Below, one piece after another: positions 8,921 through 18,372 of a stretch of DNA of 64,000 nt. Both the position numbers and the translations under genes were made by a program. The notes beneath the pieces were generated by a model that was not told the DNA's origin, did no database searches, and saw only the letters and a program-made list of their open reading frames with translations. This DNA comes from Anaerolineae bacterium (GTDB lineage: Bacteria > Chloroflexota > Anaerolineae > J102): positions 5,147 to 69,146 of the forward strand of contig JALXCB010000046.1 in assembly GCA_026991225.1 (NCBI GenBank), read 5' to 3'. Positions within the stretch are counted from its first letter, which is position 1, and each line of letters starts with the position of its first letter.

Positions 8921-9466
8921 ATGAAAACATGGTTGACTGTTCTACTTGCCCTGATATTGCTTCTCCTGCCTCGGGCGTCCTTCGCCTGGGGAGGAGGGCC
9001 GGATTGGCAACAGATTCAGACAGACGCCAACAGGATTCATGAACAGGCCATCACGCTGGAAGATGAAGCCTTTCAAATGCGTCTGATGGCGCAGCAAGCC
9101 CGTGATATGGAGACGAATCCTGATATCATTCGCGATCTGGATGGCATCATTGCGGCAGCCAGAGATATCGAGCAGGACGCCGCAGCCATTGCGGTCACCG
9201 CGGATGACATCAACTACCGCATCGATCACTCGGAAGTCACCACGCTTTCTCTTGCAGAAGATATTGGTAAGATGGCGAACCGCATCCTGTGGACCGAAGG
9301 TCAGATCGGGATCATGTCGGACCGCATCGTGGTCAGCGAATTCCTCATCAGCGAGAGCGTCCTAACGCTGGTCCGCTCCATCCAGGAGACCAAGGACGCG
9401 ATGACGGTGAATACGCAGACCATTCAGTGGTATAACAGAGACATCCAACAGCAGCTCGTTTTTTAA
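8921..9466 (+). CDS. Secreted hypothetical protein (signal peptide, helical)
   Basis: SD AAGGAGG 10 nt before the ATG. MKTWLTVLLALILLLLPRASFA signal peptide. No recognisable domain. Directly upstream of the ECF sigma factor. Confidence 0.55.
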   Translation: MKTWLTVLLALILLLLPRASFAWGGGPDWQQIQTDANRIHEQAITLEDEAFQMRLMAQQARDMETNPDIIRDLDGIIAAARDIEQDAAAIAVTADDINYRIDHSEVTTLSLAEDIGKMANRILWTEGQIGIMSDRIVVSEFLISESVLTLVRSIQETKDAMTVNTQTIQWYNRDIQQQLVF

Positions 9467-9510
9467 CGACATTCTGCGGGCGGTTCCCGGGATAAACTCG
9501 GGGCCGCCCC

Positions 9511-10131
9511 ATGATGCATGCAACGAGGCCGTCTATGATGCCAACAAAGATGGATGATGTTCATGAACAGAAGCTCATCCAGGGGTTGAAAGCCCATGAA
9601 TCCTGGGCCTGTGAGGAGCTCATCGAGCGATTCGCGGATATGGTGTACCGCGTGTGCTATCGTATCCTGCAGAACCCCCAGGAGGCTGAAGACGCCATGC
9701 AGGAGACGTTCATTACGGTGTATCGCCGCATCGATAGTTTTCGCGGTGACGCGAAGTTGTCGAGCTGGCTCTACCGCGTGGCTACCAACATGGCGCTGAG
9801 CATGTTGCGCTCGAACATCCGAAAACAAGGCCGGGATCTGTCGCTGGAAAACGACGAGGACGATGAAAGGCCTCTGTCCGATGCGGAGGTCATCGTGCCC
9901 GAAACGTTCATCTTGCAACAAGAAAACCGCGCCCTGCTGGAACAAGGCCTGGAAGCTATGTCGCCCAAACTGCGGGCGGCGTTGATGCTCTATGAGATCG
10001 AAGGGTTTTCCATGAAAGAAACAGCCCAGGCATTGGGCGTTTCAGAGTCCGCCGCGAAGCTACGGGTTCACCGCGGACGCCAATTTCTGCAAAAGTATCT
10101 TGCACAGTATTACGAGGAGGTTATGACATGA
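9511..10131 (+). CDS. ECF-type RNA polymerase sigma factor (sigma-70 family)
   Basis: Sigma-70 region 2 (...FITVYRRIDSFRGDAKLSSWLYRVATN...) and region 4 (...EIEGFSMKETAQALGVSESAAKLRVHRGR...). The true start may be an internal Met (9535-9550). Confidence 0.8.
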   Translation: MMHATRPSMMPTKMDDVHEQKLIQGLKAHESWACEELIERFADMVYRVCYRILQNPQEAEDAMQETFITVYRRIDSFRGDAKLSSWLYRVATNMALSMLRSNIRKQGRDLSLENDEDDERPLSDAEVIVPETFILQQENRALLEQGLEAMSPKLRAALMLYEIEGFSMKETAQALGVSESAAKLRVHRGRQFLQKYLAQYYEEVMT

Positions 10132-10961
10132 ATCATCAACAGGCAAGCGCACTCGCTCCCGATTATGTGGACGGGCTTTTGGACGAAGCGCAGCGCGCAG
10201 ACTTCGAAGCGCATCTCCGGGAGTGTCCTGACTGTCAGGAATCGGTGGCTAGCTTTCGGGCCCTGCGCCAGACGCTGAGCAAAACGAAGGATATGGCTCT
10301 TTCCGACGAGGCCCGTCTGCGGCTTTATCAGCGTTTCAACGAGGAGCGGGCCCGCCGCGGGGAGAGTTTGCTACGCGTCCCCGCGGATCTGCTGGCCAGG
10401 GTGAAACCCAAGGCCGCGGCCACGCCTGAAGCGGCCAAAAAGCTGGCGGGCGGCGGCAAAGAGGCCACCCTGCTGGCCGCAGATAGCGGCGCGCACATGG
10501 CCCGATCCACCGGGCGAGGCGCCAAACGTTTTGGCGGCAAAATGAAGCGAAGCGCGAGCAACGCGGGGCGGCATCTGGTGGAAGTGGCCAGGGAGGCGGG
10601 CCGCACCGCCGCGAATGTGGGTCGCATCGTCACTGTGGAGAGTTATGAGGTGCTGCGAGAAGCGCCGCGGAGCAAAGGCAAGGCCCTGCTGGCTCCGCCC
10701 AAACTCATGGGCAAGGGCGTGAAAGCGGGCGCGCGCATGATGACCGGCACGGCGAAAGTTGCGGCCAAGAGCGCCAAAGGGGGGGCTGTCTTGATAAAGG
10801 ATGGGGCCAGCACGGCCGCGACGGGCATGCTCGAGAGCGCCCGCCTGGGCAAGGCCTTTGCCGAATCCACAGACAAGCTGGCCCAGGCCGGGGAGCAGAT
10901 GGCGCGCGGGGTCAAAGAGGCCGCCCGCACCGTGATCGAAGCCTCGGAAAGCGAGGATTAG
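10128..10961 (+). CDS. Putative anti-sigma factor with N-terminal zinc-finger (ZAS-like) motif and Lys/Ala-rich low-complexity C-terminus
   Basis: ATGA overlap with the sigma-factor stop. ...HLRECPDCQES... HxxxCxxC motif. No predicted TM helix. Confidence 0.6.
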   Translation: MNHQQASALAPDYVDGLLDEAQRADFEAHLRECPDCQESVASFRALRQTLSKTKDMALSDEARLRLYQRFNEERARRGESLLRVPADLLARVKPKAAATPEAAKKLAGGGKEATLLAADSGAHMARSTGRGAKRFGGKMKRSASNAGRHLVEVAREAGRTAANVGRIVTVESYEVLREAPRSKGKALLAPPKLMGKGVKAGARMMTGTAKVAAKSAKGGAVLIKDGASTAATGMLESARLGKAFAESTDKLAQAGEQMARGVKEAARTVIEASESED

Positions 10962-10999
10962 CGCCATAGCAATGGAAACTCGGCCCACTGGGCAGGAAA

Positions 11000-11160
11000 A
11001 TCTCTCACGCAAAAGCGTCAAGTCGTCAAGACAAGTTTGCAAGTCGCAGGTGGCGGGTGGCAGGTGACAGGCGGAAGGAAGCAAGTAGAGCTGCGCAAGC
11101 TGACTTGCCACCTGCCAACACTTCTTTTCCCCCTTGCGCCCTGGCGTCTTTGCATGAGAT
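11000..11160. repeat. Family G element, copy G1 (terminal inverted repeats; 3' TIR abuts the hemL stop)
   Basis: ATCTCTCACGCAAAAGCG...TTTGCAAGTCGCAGGTGGCGGGTGGCAGGTG...CTTGCCACCTGCC...CGTCTTTGCATGAGAT. Confidence 0.75.
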
Positions 11161-12449
11161 CAAATGGCGCGGAAGGTCCTGTGCGCGGCTTCGACGGTGG
11201 CGTCGATGACCGCATCGTCGTGGGCCAGGGACATGAAGCCGGCCTCGAATTGGGAGGGGGCGAGATAGACGCCCGCTTCCAGCATGGCCCGGAAGTAGCG
11301 GGCGAAGCGTGCCGTATCGCTGGCCGCAGCCGAATCCCAGTCGGTGACCGGGCCTTCGGTGAAGAAGGCGGCGAACATGGTACCCACTCGGGTCTGATAG
11401 ATGGGCACGCCCGCGGCCCGGGCCGCGTCGCCGATGCCCCGAGACAATCGCTCCGTCCGGGCCTCCAGCGTCTCCCACACACCCGGCTCCGTCAGCTTGC
11501 GCAGGGTGACGATGCCCGCGGTCATGGCCAGGGGGTTGCCGGAAAGGGTCCCGGCCTGATAGACCGACCCCACCGGCGCCACCATCTCCATGATCTCCCG
11601 CCGGCCGCCGTACGCGCCCACAGGCAGCCCCCCGCCGATGACCTTGCCCAGGCAGGTGAGGTCGGGCCGGATGCCGTAGAGGGTTTGCGCGCCGCCCGGA
11701 TGCACGCGAAAGCCGGTCATCACCTCATCGAAGATGAGCAGCGCGCCATGGGCCTGGGTTATCGCCTGCAGCCCCTGCAAAAAGCCCTCTGCCGGAGGCA
11801 CGACGCCCATATTCCCGGCCACGGGCTCCACGATGACCGCGGCGATCTCTTCGGGGAACGCGTCGAACAGCGCCCGCACCGAGTCCAGATCGTTGTAGCG
11901 GGCGACCAGGGTGTCCTGCACCATGGCCGGGGGCACGCCGGGCGAATCGGGCAGGCCCAACGTCGCCACGCCCGACCCTGCCTGCACCAGCAGCAAGTCG
12001 GCATGGCCGTGATAGCAGCCCTGGAATTTGATGATCTTGTGGCGGCCGGTGTAGGCCCGGGCCAGGCGCAGCGCGCTCATGGTGGCCTCGGTGCCCGAAT
12101 TGACGAAGCGCACCATCTCGATGTTGGGCATGAATTCGGTCACCAGCCGGGCCAACTCGATCTCCAGGGGCGAAGGAGCGCCGTAGCTGGTGCCCTTGCG
12201 AACCGCCTCGGTCAGGGCGTCGACCACGTCGGGATGGGCGTGGCCCAGGATGAGCGGGCCCCACGAGAGCACGTAATCGATGAAGCGGTTGCCGTCCACG
12301 TCGAACAGATAGGGCCCCTCGCCCCGCTCGATGAACAGGGGCTGGCCGCCCACCGACTTGAAGGCCCGCACGGGCGAATCCACCCCGCCGGGGAGCAGGC
12401 TTTGGGCCTGGGAAAAGAATTGTTGGGATCGGGTGGTGTTGAGAGTCAT
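11160..12449 (-). CDS. hemL: Glutamate-1-semialdehyde 2,1-aminomutase
   Basis: 429 aa with the classic HemL N-terminus (...[23 protein letters not shown]...) and a class-III aminotransferase fold. Confidence 0.9.
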   Translation of the reverse strand: MTLNTTRSQQFFSQAQSLLPGGVDSPVRAFKSVGGQPLFIERGEGPYLFDVDGNRFIDYVLSWGPLILGHAHPDVVDALTEAVRKGTSYGAPSPLEIELARLVTEFMPNIEMVRFVNSGTEATMSALRLARAYTGRHKIIKFQGCYHGHADLLLVQAGSGVATLGLPDSPGVPPAMVQDTLVARYNDLDSVRALFDAFPEEIAAVIVEPVAGNMGVVPPAEGFLQGLQAITQAHGALLIFDEVMTGFRVHPGGAQTLYGIRPDLTCLGKVIGGGLPVGAYGGRREIMEMVAPVGSVYQAGTLSGNPLAMTAGIVTLRKLTEPGVWETLEARTERLSRGIGDAARAAGVPIYQTRVGTMFAAFFTEGPVTDWDSAAASDTARFARYFRAMLEAGVYLAPSQFEAGFMSLAHDDAVIDATVEAAHRTFRAI

Positions 12450-12508
12450 AGTGCTGGATCAGGAGTGGGGTTGGCAAGTTATGACGACTAAGTTATAATG
12501 TTGAAACC

Positions 12509-12739
12509 GTGAAGGCGACGAACTATTTCATCAACAGCGTTTTGAAACGGCGTCCCTACTTGCGATGGGAATGGATCGAACGGGTAATAGCCCATCCGAT
12601 TCGCACCGAAACGCAACCAAACGGACGCATCCGCTTTTGGGGCTGGATTGAAGAAAGAGGAAAGTATTTGCGCGTTGTCACAGAAGCGGATGGAGAAACC
12701 GTTCACAATGCCTTTTTCGATCGTCGTTTCAAACCTTAG
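12509..12739 (+). CDS. DUF4258-family small protein (putative toxin of a DUF4258/DUF2283 pair)
   Basis: 76 aa, GTG start. Basic small protein immediately upstream of a DUF2283-like ORF. Confidence 0.5.
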   Translation: MKATNYFINSVLKRRPYLRWEWIERVIAHPIRTETQPNGRIRFWGWIEERGKYLRVVTEADGETVHNAFFDRRFKP

Positions 12740-12753
12740 CCAGGATTTGCATC

Positions 12754-12990
12754 ATGATCTTCGAGTATTTTCCAGATACGGACATGCTTTATATCCAATT
12801 GAACGAGGGCATCAGCGTGGAATCGGCAGAAATCGCTCCCGGCGTTGTCATCGATCTGGACGATCAGGGCAGCATCATTGGTATTGAAATCGAGGATGCC
12901 AGCGAGCGATTCAATTTGTCTCGACTGGAGCTGAAAGGACTCCCGCTGGCTGACCTCGTCGTTCGGGACAGGTTGCCTCAAGCGGCCTGA
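12754..12990 (+). CDS. DUF2283-family small protein (putative antitoxin partner)
   Basis: 78 aa. MIFEYFPDTDMLYIQL... is the characteristic DUF2283 N-terminus. Confidence 0.55.
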   Translation: MIFEYFPDTDMLYIQLNEGISVESAEIAPGVVIDLDDQGSIIGIEIEDASERFNLSRLELKGLPLADLVVRDRLPQAA

Positions 12991-13089
12991 GCAGGACCTT
13001 ATCGGACAATCCAACGGCTCGCCGATACGAACGGAAATGGGAATGCTGATGACACGGATGCTTCGCAACGCAGATTTCCGCAGATCTGT

Positions 13090-13290
13090 TCCGAAAATAG
13101 CGTTGGCCCTCCCTGCCAAAAGTCGCCATGCCAACGTTGGGCGAGGCTGCAACGGACGTGATGAGTAATGCGTAATCCGTGAGATCGTTACGCATCACGC
13201 ATTACGCATTACGTGCTTGGCTTCCCGCGCCGCCCTGGCCGCGAGACATTTTCATCGGTATCGGCGCGCCGCCGCGCATGGCGCCTTCGT
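13090..13290 (+). repeat. Family A MITE-like element, copy A1
   Basis: ...CCGAAAATAGCGTTGG...CCAACGTTGGGCGAGGCTGCAACGG + CGTGATGAGTAATGCGTAATCCGTGAG...CGCATCACGCATTACGCATTACG hairpin + GGCTTCCCGCGCCGCCCTGGCCGCG...TTTTCATCGGTATCGGC tail. Confidence 0.8.
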
Positions 13291-13365
13291 TCTGATTTTT
13301 TCTGCGTTCATCTGCTTGCATCCGCGTTCACCTGCGTTCTCTCATCCTGGCTTCGGAACAAGGAT
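13291..13365. repeat. Family D copy D2 (overlaps the last ~15 codons and stop of hemY)
   Basis: CTGATTTTTTCTGCGTTCATCTGCTTGCATCCGCGTTCACCTGCGTTCTCTC. A D-like fragment also sits at about 13060-13090. Confidence 0.7.
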
Positions 13366-14750
13366 TTCACCGCCATCTCGCCCGAATGGATGCAGTCGGG
13401 GATGCCGATGCCGTGGTAGGCGTTGCCAGCCAGGGCCAGGCCCGGCCAGCGCTCCAACCCGGCCAGGATGCGTCCCACCCGAGCGGGATGGCCCACGTTG
13501 TATTGGGGCATGGCCCGCGGCCAGATAAAGACGCGGTGAAGAAAGGGCTCAGCGGTGACGCCCAGGGTCAGGCGCAGCTCCTCCCGGGCGATGGCCAACA
13601 GCCCTTCTTCCGTCCAATCGATGGCGTCTTCCTGGCCCGCGCGGCCCACGAACACCCGCAGCAAGGCCATGCCTTCGGGCGCGCGGTGGGGAAATTTGGT
13701 AGAGGTCCAGGTGCAGGCCAGGGCTTTGCGCCCCTCCCGGCGGGGGATCACGTAGCCGTAGCCGTCCAGCGGGCGGGGGACGTCGGCCAGGCGGTAGGCC
13801 AGGGAGATGGTGGCCGTGGACGCGTAGGGGATGGCGTCCAGCAGGGAAGCGAGTTCAGGGTCGTGCGGGCGCAGCAGGCGGGCAGAGACGAACGCGGGCG
13901 CAGCCAGGATGAGTCGGTCAGCCTTCAACACTGCATACTGATTACTGAATACTGAATATTGGTGACTATCCTTTTTCAACTCCCTCACCTCCACACCCAA
14001 CCTCAACTCCGCCCCCAATTTACGCAACCTCACCACCAACGCCTCCACCAGCTCGGCCAGGCCCGTTTGCGGGGTGACGAACATGCTGCGGGAGCCGGGC
14101 GCGGCCCCGTTGCGCTTCATCCGCTCCCGTTTGGCGGCCAGCGCGCCCCGCACCAATCCCCCATGCTTCACCTCCAGGTCTCGCAGATAGGGGAAGGTGG
14201 CTTGCAGGCTGAGCTGGTCGCCATCGCCCGCGTAGATGCCGCTCATCAACGGCTCGATGAGCGCCTCATAAGCCTCCCGCCCCAGGCGACGGCCCACAAA
14301 CCGGCCCAGGCTCTCCTCCCCGGGCGACTTCGCGGGCGGCAGCAGGAAGTCGAGGCCCATGCGCAGCTTGCCAGGCCAGGAGATGAGCCCGGTGCGCAGC
14401 ATCCCCCCGAAATCAGTGGGGATCATCATGGTCAGACCGCCGGGCAGGGGATGCAGGCGGCCTTTGTGCAGGATGTAGGTGGCTTTCTGCTTGGGGTTGC
14501 TGCCATGCAGACGGTCGGCGACGCCCAGCTCTCGGGCCAGGGCCATGCCCCACGGCTTTATGGCGATGAAGGTGTCGGGCCCGCCTTCGATGACGAAGCC
14601 ATCCACCCGCTCGGTCGCGATCTTCCCGCCCCAGCGGTGGGCTTTTTCCAGCACGATGACCTCATCGGGCGGGTTTTGGGGCCGGGTGAGGGCGAAGTAG
14701 GCGGCGGAGAGGCCGGCGATGCCACCGCCGATGATGATGAGTCGAGTCAT
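13308..14750 (-). CDS. hemY: Protoporphyrinogen/coproporphyrinogen III oxidase (HemY/CgoX, FAD-dependent)
   Basis: 480 aa. N-terminal MTRLIIIGGGIAGLSAAY dinucleotide-binding motif. Amine-oxidase fold. It carries an in-frame E-family repeat copy (about 13929-13970). Its last ~15 codons plus the stop lie in a D-family repeat. Confidence 0.85.
   Translation of the reverse strand: MTRLIIIGGGIAGLSAAYFALTRPQNPPDEVIVLEKAHRWGGKIATERVDGFVIEGGPDTFIAIKPWGMALARELGVADRLHGSNPKQKATYILHKGRLHPLPGGLTMMIPTDFGGMLRTGLISWPGKLRMGLDFLLPPAKSPGEESLGRFVGRRLGREAYEALIEPLMSGIYAGDGDQLSLQATFPYLRDLEVKHGGLVRGALAAKRERMKRNGAAPGSRSMFVTPQTGLAELVEALVVRLRKLGAELRLGVEVRELKKDSHQYSVFSNQYAVLKADRLILAAPAFVSARLLRPHDPELASLLDAIPYASTATISLAYRLADVPRPLDGYGYVIPRREGRKALACTWTSTKFPHRAPEGMALLRVFVGRAGQEDAIDWTEEGLLAIAREELRLTLGVTAEPFLHRVFIWPRAMPQYNVGHPARVGRILAGLERWPGLALAGNAYHGIGIPDCIHSGEMAVKSLFRSQDERTQVNADASR
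13929..13970. repeat. Family E copy E2, in frame inside hemY
   Basis: ACTGCATACTGATTACTGAATACTGAATATTGGTGAC, translated on the minus strand as ...HQYSVFSNQYAV... Confidence 0.55.
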
Positions 14751-14764
14751 AGAGTGATCTTACG

Positions 14765-14840
14765 TTGAGTAATCAGTTATCAGTAAACAGTAATCAGTGG
14801 GGGCGCGGATGGATACTGATTACTGATCACTGTTTACTGA
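14765..14840. repeat. Family E copy E3 (palindrome between hemY start and hemE stop)
   Basis: GAGTAATCAGTTATCAGTAAACAGTAATCAGTG...CACTGATTACTGATCACTGTTTACTGATTAC. Confidence 0.7.
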
Positions 14841-15908
14841 TTACTTCCGGTTAAATTCATGGACCATTGCGACGACGGCCCGCACGTTCTCCACGGGCGT
14901 GTGCTGCAAGATGCCGTGGCCCAGGTTGAAGATGTGGCCCGGTCGACCCGCCGCGCGGGTCAACACGTCCCGCACCTGGTTTTCCAGCTCGGGCAGGGGG
15001 GCGAAGAGTGCGGTGGGATCGAGATTGCCCTGCACGGCCACGTCGTCGCCCAACAGCGCCCATCCTTCATCCAGAGGGATGCGCCAATCCAGGCCGATGA
15101 CATGCCCGCCCGCGGCCTTCATCTCCCCTAGCAGCGTGGTTGCGCCCACGCCGAAGTGGATGACGGGGACGTCGGCCCGGGCCATGAGGGTTTGTAGAAT
15201 CTGGCGGGAATAGGGCTGGACGAAACGGCGGTAATCCTGAGGATTCAGTGCGCCCACCCAGGAATCGAAGAGCTGCAAGGCCTGTGCGCCCGCGTCGGCT
15301 TGCGCCAGCAGATAATCGATGAGCACGGGCGTGAGTTTTTGCATGAGGGCGCGCCAGGCGGCGGGCTGCCCGTACATGAGCTTCTTGGTTTCGACGAAGT
15401 TGCGGGACGGCCCGCCCTCGATAATGTAGGCGGCCAGGGTGAAGGGCGCTCCTGCGAAACCGATGAGGGGAACGTCCCGACCATCCAACTCCGTCCGCAC
15501 CAGGCGGATGGCCTCGTACACATGCCCCAGGTCGGCCCGCACGTCCACTGGCCGGAGCGCGGCCACGTCGTCGGGCGAGCGCACGGGGTTGTGGATGACG
15601 GGCCCGCGGCCGGGGACGAATTCCAGCTTCAGGCCCATGGGCGGCAGGGGCAGGAGGATGTCGGCGAAGAGGATGGCCGCGTCCACGCCCAGGGTGTCCA
15701 CGGGCTGGAGGGTGATCTCGGCCGCGACCTCGGGCCGGGCGATCATCTCCAGGATGCTCTTGTGCTGGCGGCGGATGGCCTGGTATTCGGGCATGTAGCG
15801 CCCGGCCTGGCGCATGAACCAGACGGGCGTCGTGTCAGTAATCAGTCTTCGAGTGGCTCTCAGAAATCTCGATGTTGGCTCGTTAGTCATCATTGTCAGG
15901 GTTCTCAT
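14841..15908 (-). CDS. hemE: Uroporphyrinogen decarboxylase
   Basis: ...TPVWFMRQAGRYMPEY... is the canonical HemE N-terminal motif. Start may be Met6/Met7 of the listed ORF. Confidence 0.9.
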   Translation of the reverse strand: MRTLTMMTNEPTSRFLRATRRLITDTTPVWFMRQAGRYMPEYQAIRRQHKSILEMIARPEVAAEITLQPVDTLGVDAAILFADILLPLPPMGLKLEFVPGRGPVIHNPVRSPDDVAALRPVDVRADLGHVYEAIRLVRTELDGRDVPLIGFAGAPFTLAAYIIEGGPSRNFVETKKLMYGQPAAWRALMQKLTPVLIDYLLAQADAGAQALQLFDSWVGALNPQDYRRFVQPYSRQILQTLMARADVPVIHFGVGATTLLGEMKAAGGHVIGLDWRIPLDEGWALLGDDVAVQGNLDPTALFAPLPELENQVRDVLTRAAGRPGHIFNLGHGILQHTPVENVRAVVAMVHEFNRK

Positions 15909-15919
15909 TGGAAAAGTAA

Positions 15920-15974
15920 TCAGTCATCAGTCCAACGGTTTGTTCCTCACTGATTACTGCTTACTGATAACTGA
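15920..15974. repeat. Family E copy E4 (between hemE start and the rSAM stop)
   Basis: GAAAAGTAATCAGTCATCAGTCC...CACTGATTACTGCTTACTGATAACTGATTAC. Confidence 0.65.
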
Positions 15975-17129
15975 TTACTTCGCCTCGCGAAAGGCTTCAG
16001 GAACGTACACACACGCCGGGTCAGTTTCCAGATAATCGCCGGTGACGCCATAGGCCCGGCCGCGCTGGCCGCCGCACACGTCGCGGAATTCGCAGACGCC
16101 GCAGCGGCCCTTCAGTTTGTCGGGGTCCCGCAGGTCTTTGAATAAAGGATGGTTGCGATAGACCTCGACCACGTCATCTTTGCGGACGTTTCCGGCCACG
16201 ATGGGCAGGAAGCCGGAGGGTTCGATATTGCCGATGTGGGAGATGAAGAGGAAGCCATTGCCGTCGTTGACGCCTTTGGTGGGGCGGTTGAGGCCGTCCG
16301 CGTACTGGAAGCCCGCGCCCTGGAAGGCGATGGGCGCATCTTCGCCCAGTTCCTGGCGCTTGCGCTGGATGGCCACGCGGCGATACATGGGCGCGGCCGT
16401 GGCTTTGACGTCGAAAGGCGCTTCTTGGGCCAGGTCATACAGCCAATTGAAAATGCGCTCGTGCTCCTCGGGGGAGATCATCCAGTCGATCTGGCCCCGG
16501 CCCGTGGGCACCAGGAAGAAGACGGACCACTGCACCGCGCCCACCTCTTCGATGAAAGGCACCATCTCGGGCAGGATGTGGGCGTTGTGTTTGGCGACGG
16601 TGGTGTTCACCTGCACGCTCAGGCCCACGTCATGCGCCCGATGCAGGATGTCCATGGTGCGCTGCCAGGAGCCCGCCACCTTGCGGAAGTCGTCGTGGAT
16701 GGCGGGGCGGGGCGCATCCAGGCTAAGGGCGATGCGGCGGATGCCCGCGTCCCGGGCCTTTTGCAGCCGCTCTTTGGTGGGCAGAGCCGTGGCCGTGGGC
16801 GTCAGGGAGCAGCGCAGGCCCTTTTCAGTGGCGTAGGCGATGAGATCGAACAGGTCGCGGCGCATCATGGGGTCGCCGCCGGTGAAGATGAGGATGGGAT
16901 GGTTGCCGAACGCGGCCAGCCGATCGATGAGCTGAAAGCCTTCCTCGGTGGTGAGTTCCAGGGGATGGCGTTGGGGTTGGGCGTCGGCCCGGCAGTGGAC
17001 GCAGGCGTAGGCGCAGGCCCGGGTCACTTCCCAGGCGATGGTGAAGGGCGCTTTGTCGAAGTCCGCGTGCACCATGCGCCGGTCGTGGTAGGTGCGTTCG
17101 GCTGTGGCGGAGGGGGTGAGGTTGGACAT
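15975..17129 (-). CDS. Radical SAM/SPASM-domain protein, AhbD/NirJ-like, embedded in the heme operon
   Basis: 384 aa. CAYACVHC (CxxxCxxC). C-terminal Cys cluster ...KGRCGVCEFRDVCGG...DPACVY (SPASM-type auxiliary cluster motifs). Sits between hemB and hemE on the same strand. Confidence 0.7.
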   Translation of the reverse strand: MSNLTPSATAERTYHDRRMVHADFDKAPFTIAWEVTRACAYACVHCRADAQPQRHPLELTTEEGFQLIDRLAAFGNHPILIFTGGDPMMRRDLFDLIAYATEKGLRCSLTPTATALPTKERLQKARDAGIRRIALSLDAPRPAIHDDFRKVAGSWQRTMDILHRAHDVGLSVQVNTTVAKHNAHILPEMVPFIEEVGAVQWSVFFLVPTGRGQIDWMISPEEHERIFNWLYDLAQEAPFDVKATAAPMYRRVAIQRKRQELGEDAPIAFQGAGFQYADGLNRPTKGVNDGNGFLFISHIGNIEPSGFLPIVAGNVRKDDVVEVYRNHPLFKDLRDPDKLKGRCGVCEFRDVCGGQRGRAYGVTGDYLETDPACVYVPEAFREAK

Positions 17130-17263
17130 GGGAGGATTGGGATTGGGATTGGAAGATTCGTCTTTTGTGACACGGATGGAAGGAACACGGATGACATTCG
17201 ATTGATGCTATCATTAAGCCATTTTCCCATCCGTGTTTTCTTTTATCCGTGTTGCATGACCTT

Positions 17264-18334
17264 TTACAGCAATTTTGCGGCGTCCAGGGCGAAGTAGGTG
17301 AGGATGAGATCAGCGCCCGCGCGTTTGATGGCGAGCAGGCTCTCCAGCATGACGCGGGTCCCGTCGATCCAGCCGTTGGCGGCCGCGGCCTTGATCATGG
17401 CGTATTCGCCCGAGACCTGGTATGCGGCCAGGGGGAGCTTCACCTGCTCCTTGAGCTGCGCCAGGATGTCCAGGTAGAAGCTGGCGGGCTTGACCATGAT
17501 GATGTCCGCGCCTTCGGCGATGTCGATCTGCACCTCGCGCAGGGCCTCGCGGGCGTTGGCCGGGTCCATCTGATACTGGCTGCGGTCGCCGAATGCGGGC
17601 GGGCTTTCGGCCGCGTCGCGGAAGGGACCGTAGAGGGCGCTGGCGTACTTGGCCGCATAGCTCATGATGGGGATGTGTTCGAACCCGGCGTCATCCAGGC
17701 CCGAGCGGATAGCGCCCACCATACCGTCCATCATGCCGCTGGGCGCGACCATGTCCGCGCCGGCGCGAGCGTGGGTCACCGCGGCCCGGCTGATGTAATC
17801 CAGGGTGGGGTCGTTGAGGACGTAGCCCGTGGGGAGATTGGGGTTGTACGCGGGCTCGTCGGGCGTGTTGATGATCCCGCAATGCCCGTGATTGGTGTAT
17901 TCACACATGCAGATGTCGCTGACCACGACCAGGCCGGGCAGCGCCCGCTTCAAGGCCCGAATGGCTTCAGGGATGATGCCGTGAGGATCGTCATTTTCGC
18001 TGCCGTAGGGGTCCTTGTGTTCGGGAATGCCGAAGAGGATGACCGAGCGCACACCCAGACTCCACGCCCGCTCCGCTTCCTCGATCATCGTGTCGATGGA
18101 GAGCTGGAACTGGCCGGGCATGGAGGGAATGGGGTGACGAACGCCCTCGCCGTGGCGCACGAACAGGGGGTAGATGAAATCCTCGGGATGGAGATGGGTT
18201 TCCTGCACCATTTGCCGCAGCGCGGGGGAAAGGCGCAGGCGGCGAGGGCGGGCCAGGAGGGAGCGATGGCCGTTGCCGGGCCTCGATGACGTCACAGCTG
18301 TGGGCAGGATGGTGGGGAAAGAAGTTGCGCTCAT
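17264..18334 (-). CDS. hemB: Porphobilinogen synthase (delta-aminolevulinate dehydratase)
   Basis: Start taken at [10 protein letters not shown]... (ATG 18332-18334). ALAD family motifs. Overlaps the hemD stop region. Confidence 0.9.
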   Translation of the reverse strand: MSATSFPTILPTAVTSSRPGNGHRSLLARPRRLRLSPALRQMVQETHLHPEDFIYPLFVRHGEGVRHPIPSMPGQFQLSIDTMIEEAERAWSLGVRSVILFGIPEHKDPYGSENDDPHGIIPEAIRALKRALPGLVVVSDICMCEYTNHGHCGIINTPDEPAYNPNLPTGYVLNDPTLDYISRAAVTHARAGADMVAPSGMMDGMVGAIRSGLDDAGFEHIPIMSYAAKYASALYGPFRDAAESPPAFGDRSQYQMDPANAREALREVQIDIAEGADIIMVKPASFYLDILAQLKEQVKLPLAAYQVSGEYAMIKAAAANGWIDGTRVMLESLLAIKRAGADLILTYFALDAAKLL

Positions 18335-18372
18335 GATAAAAGTCCTTATGAGAGGAAACGAAAGATCGAAGA

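Noticed and set aside
11037-12491. 484-aa plus-strand ORF opposite hemL, plus similar long antisense ORFs (16149..17297, 17249..18289, 20911..22281, 27165..28175, 31237..32232, 39914..41311, 44844..46625, 51686..52912, 53907..55301, 60072..61475)
   Set aside because: All are mirror frames of strongly supported genes on the other strand. Retaining them would double-count loci.
15835-15852. CTGATTACTGAC inside the hemE N-terminal coding region as another E-family insertion
   Set aside because: The encoded residues (RRLITD) align with the conserved HemE N-terminal region (R-G-E-P-V-D in E. coli). Most likely a chance match to a 12-mer rather than an insertion.
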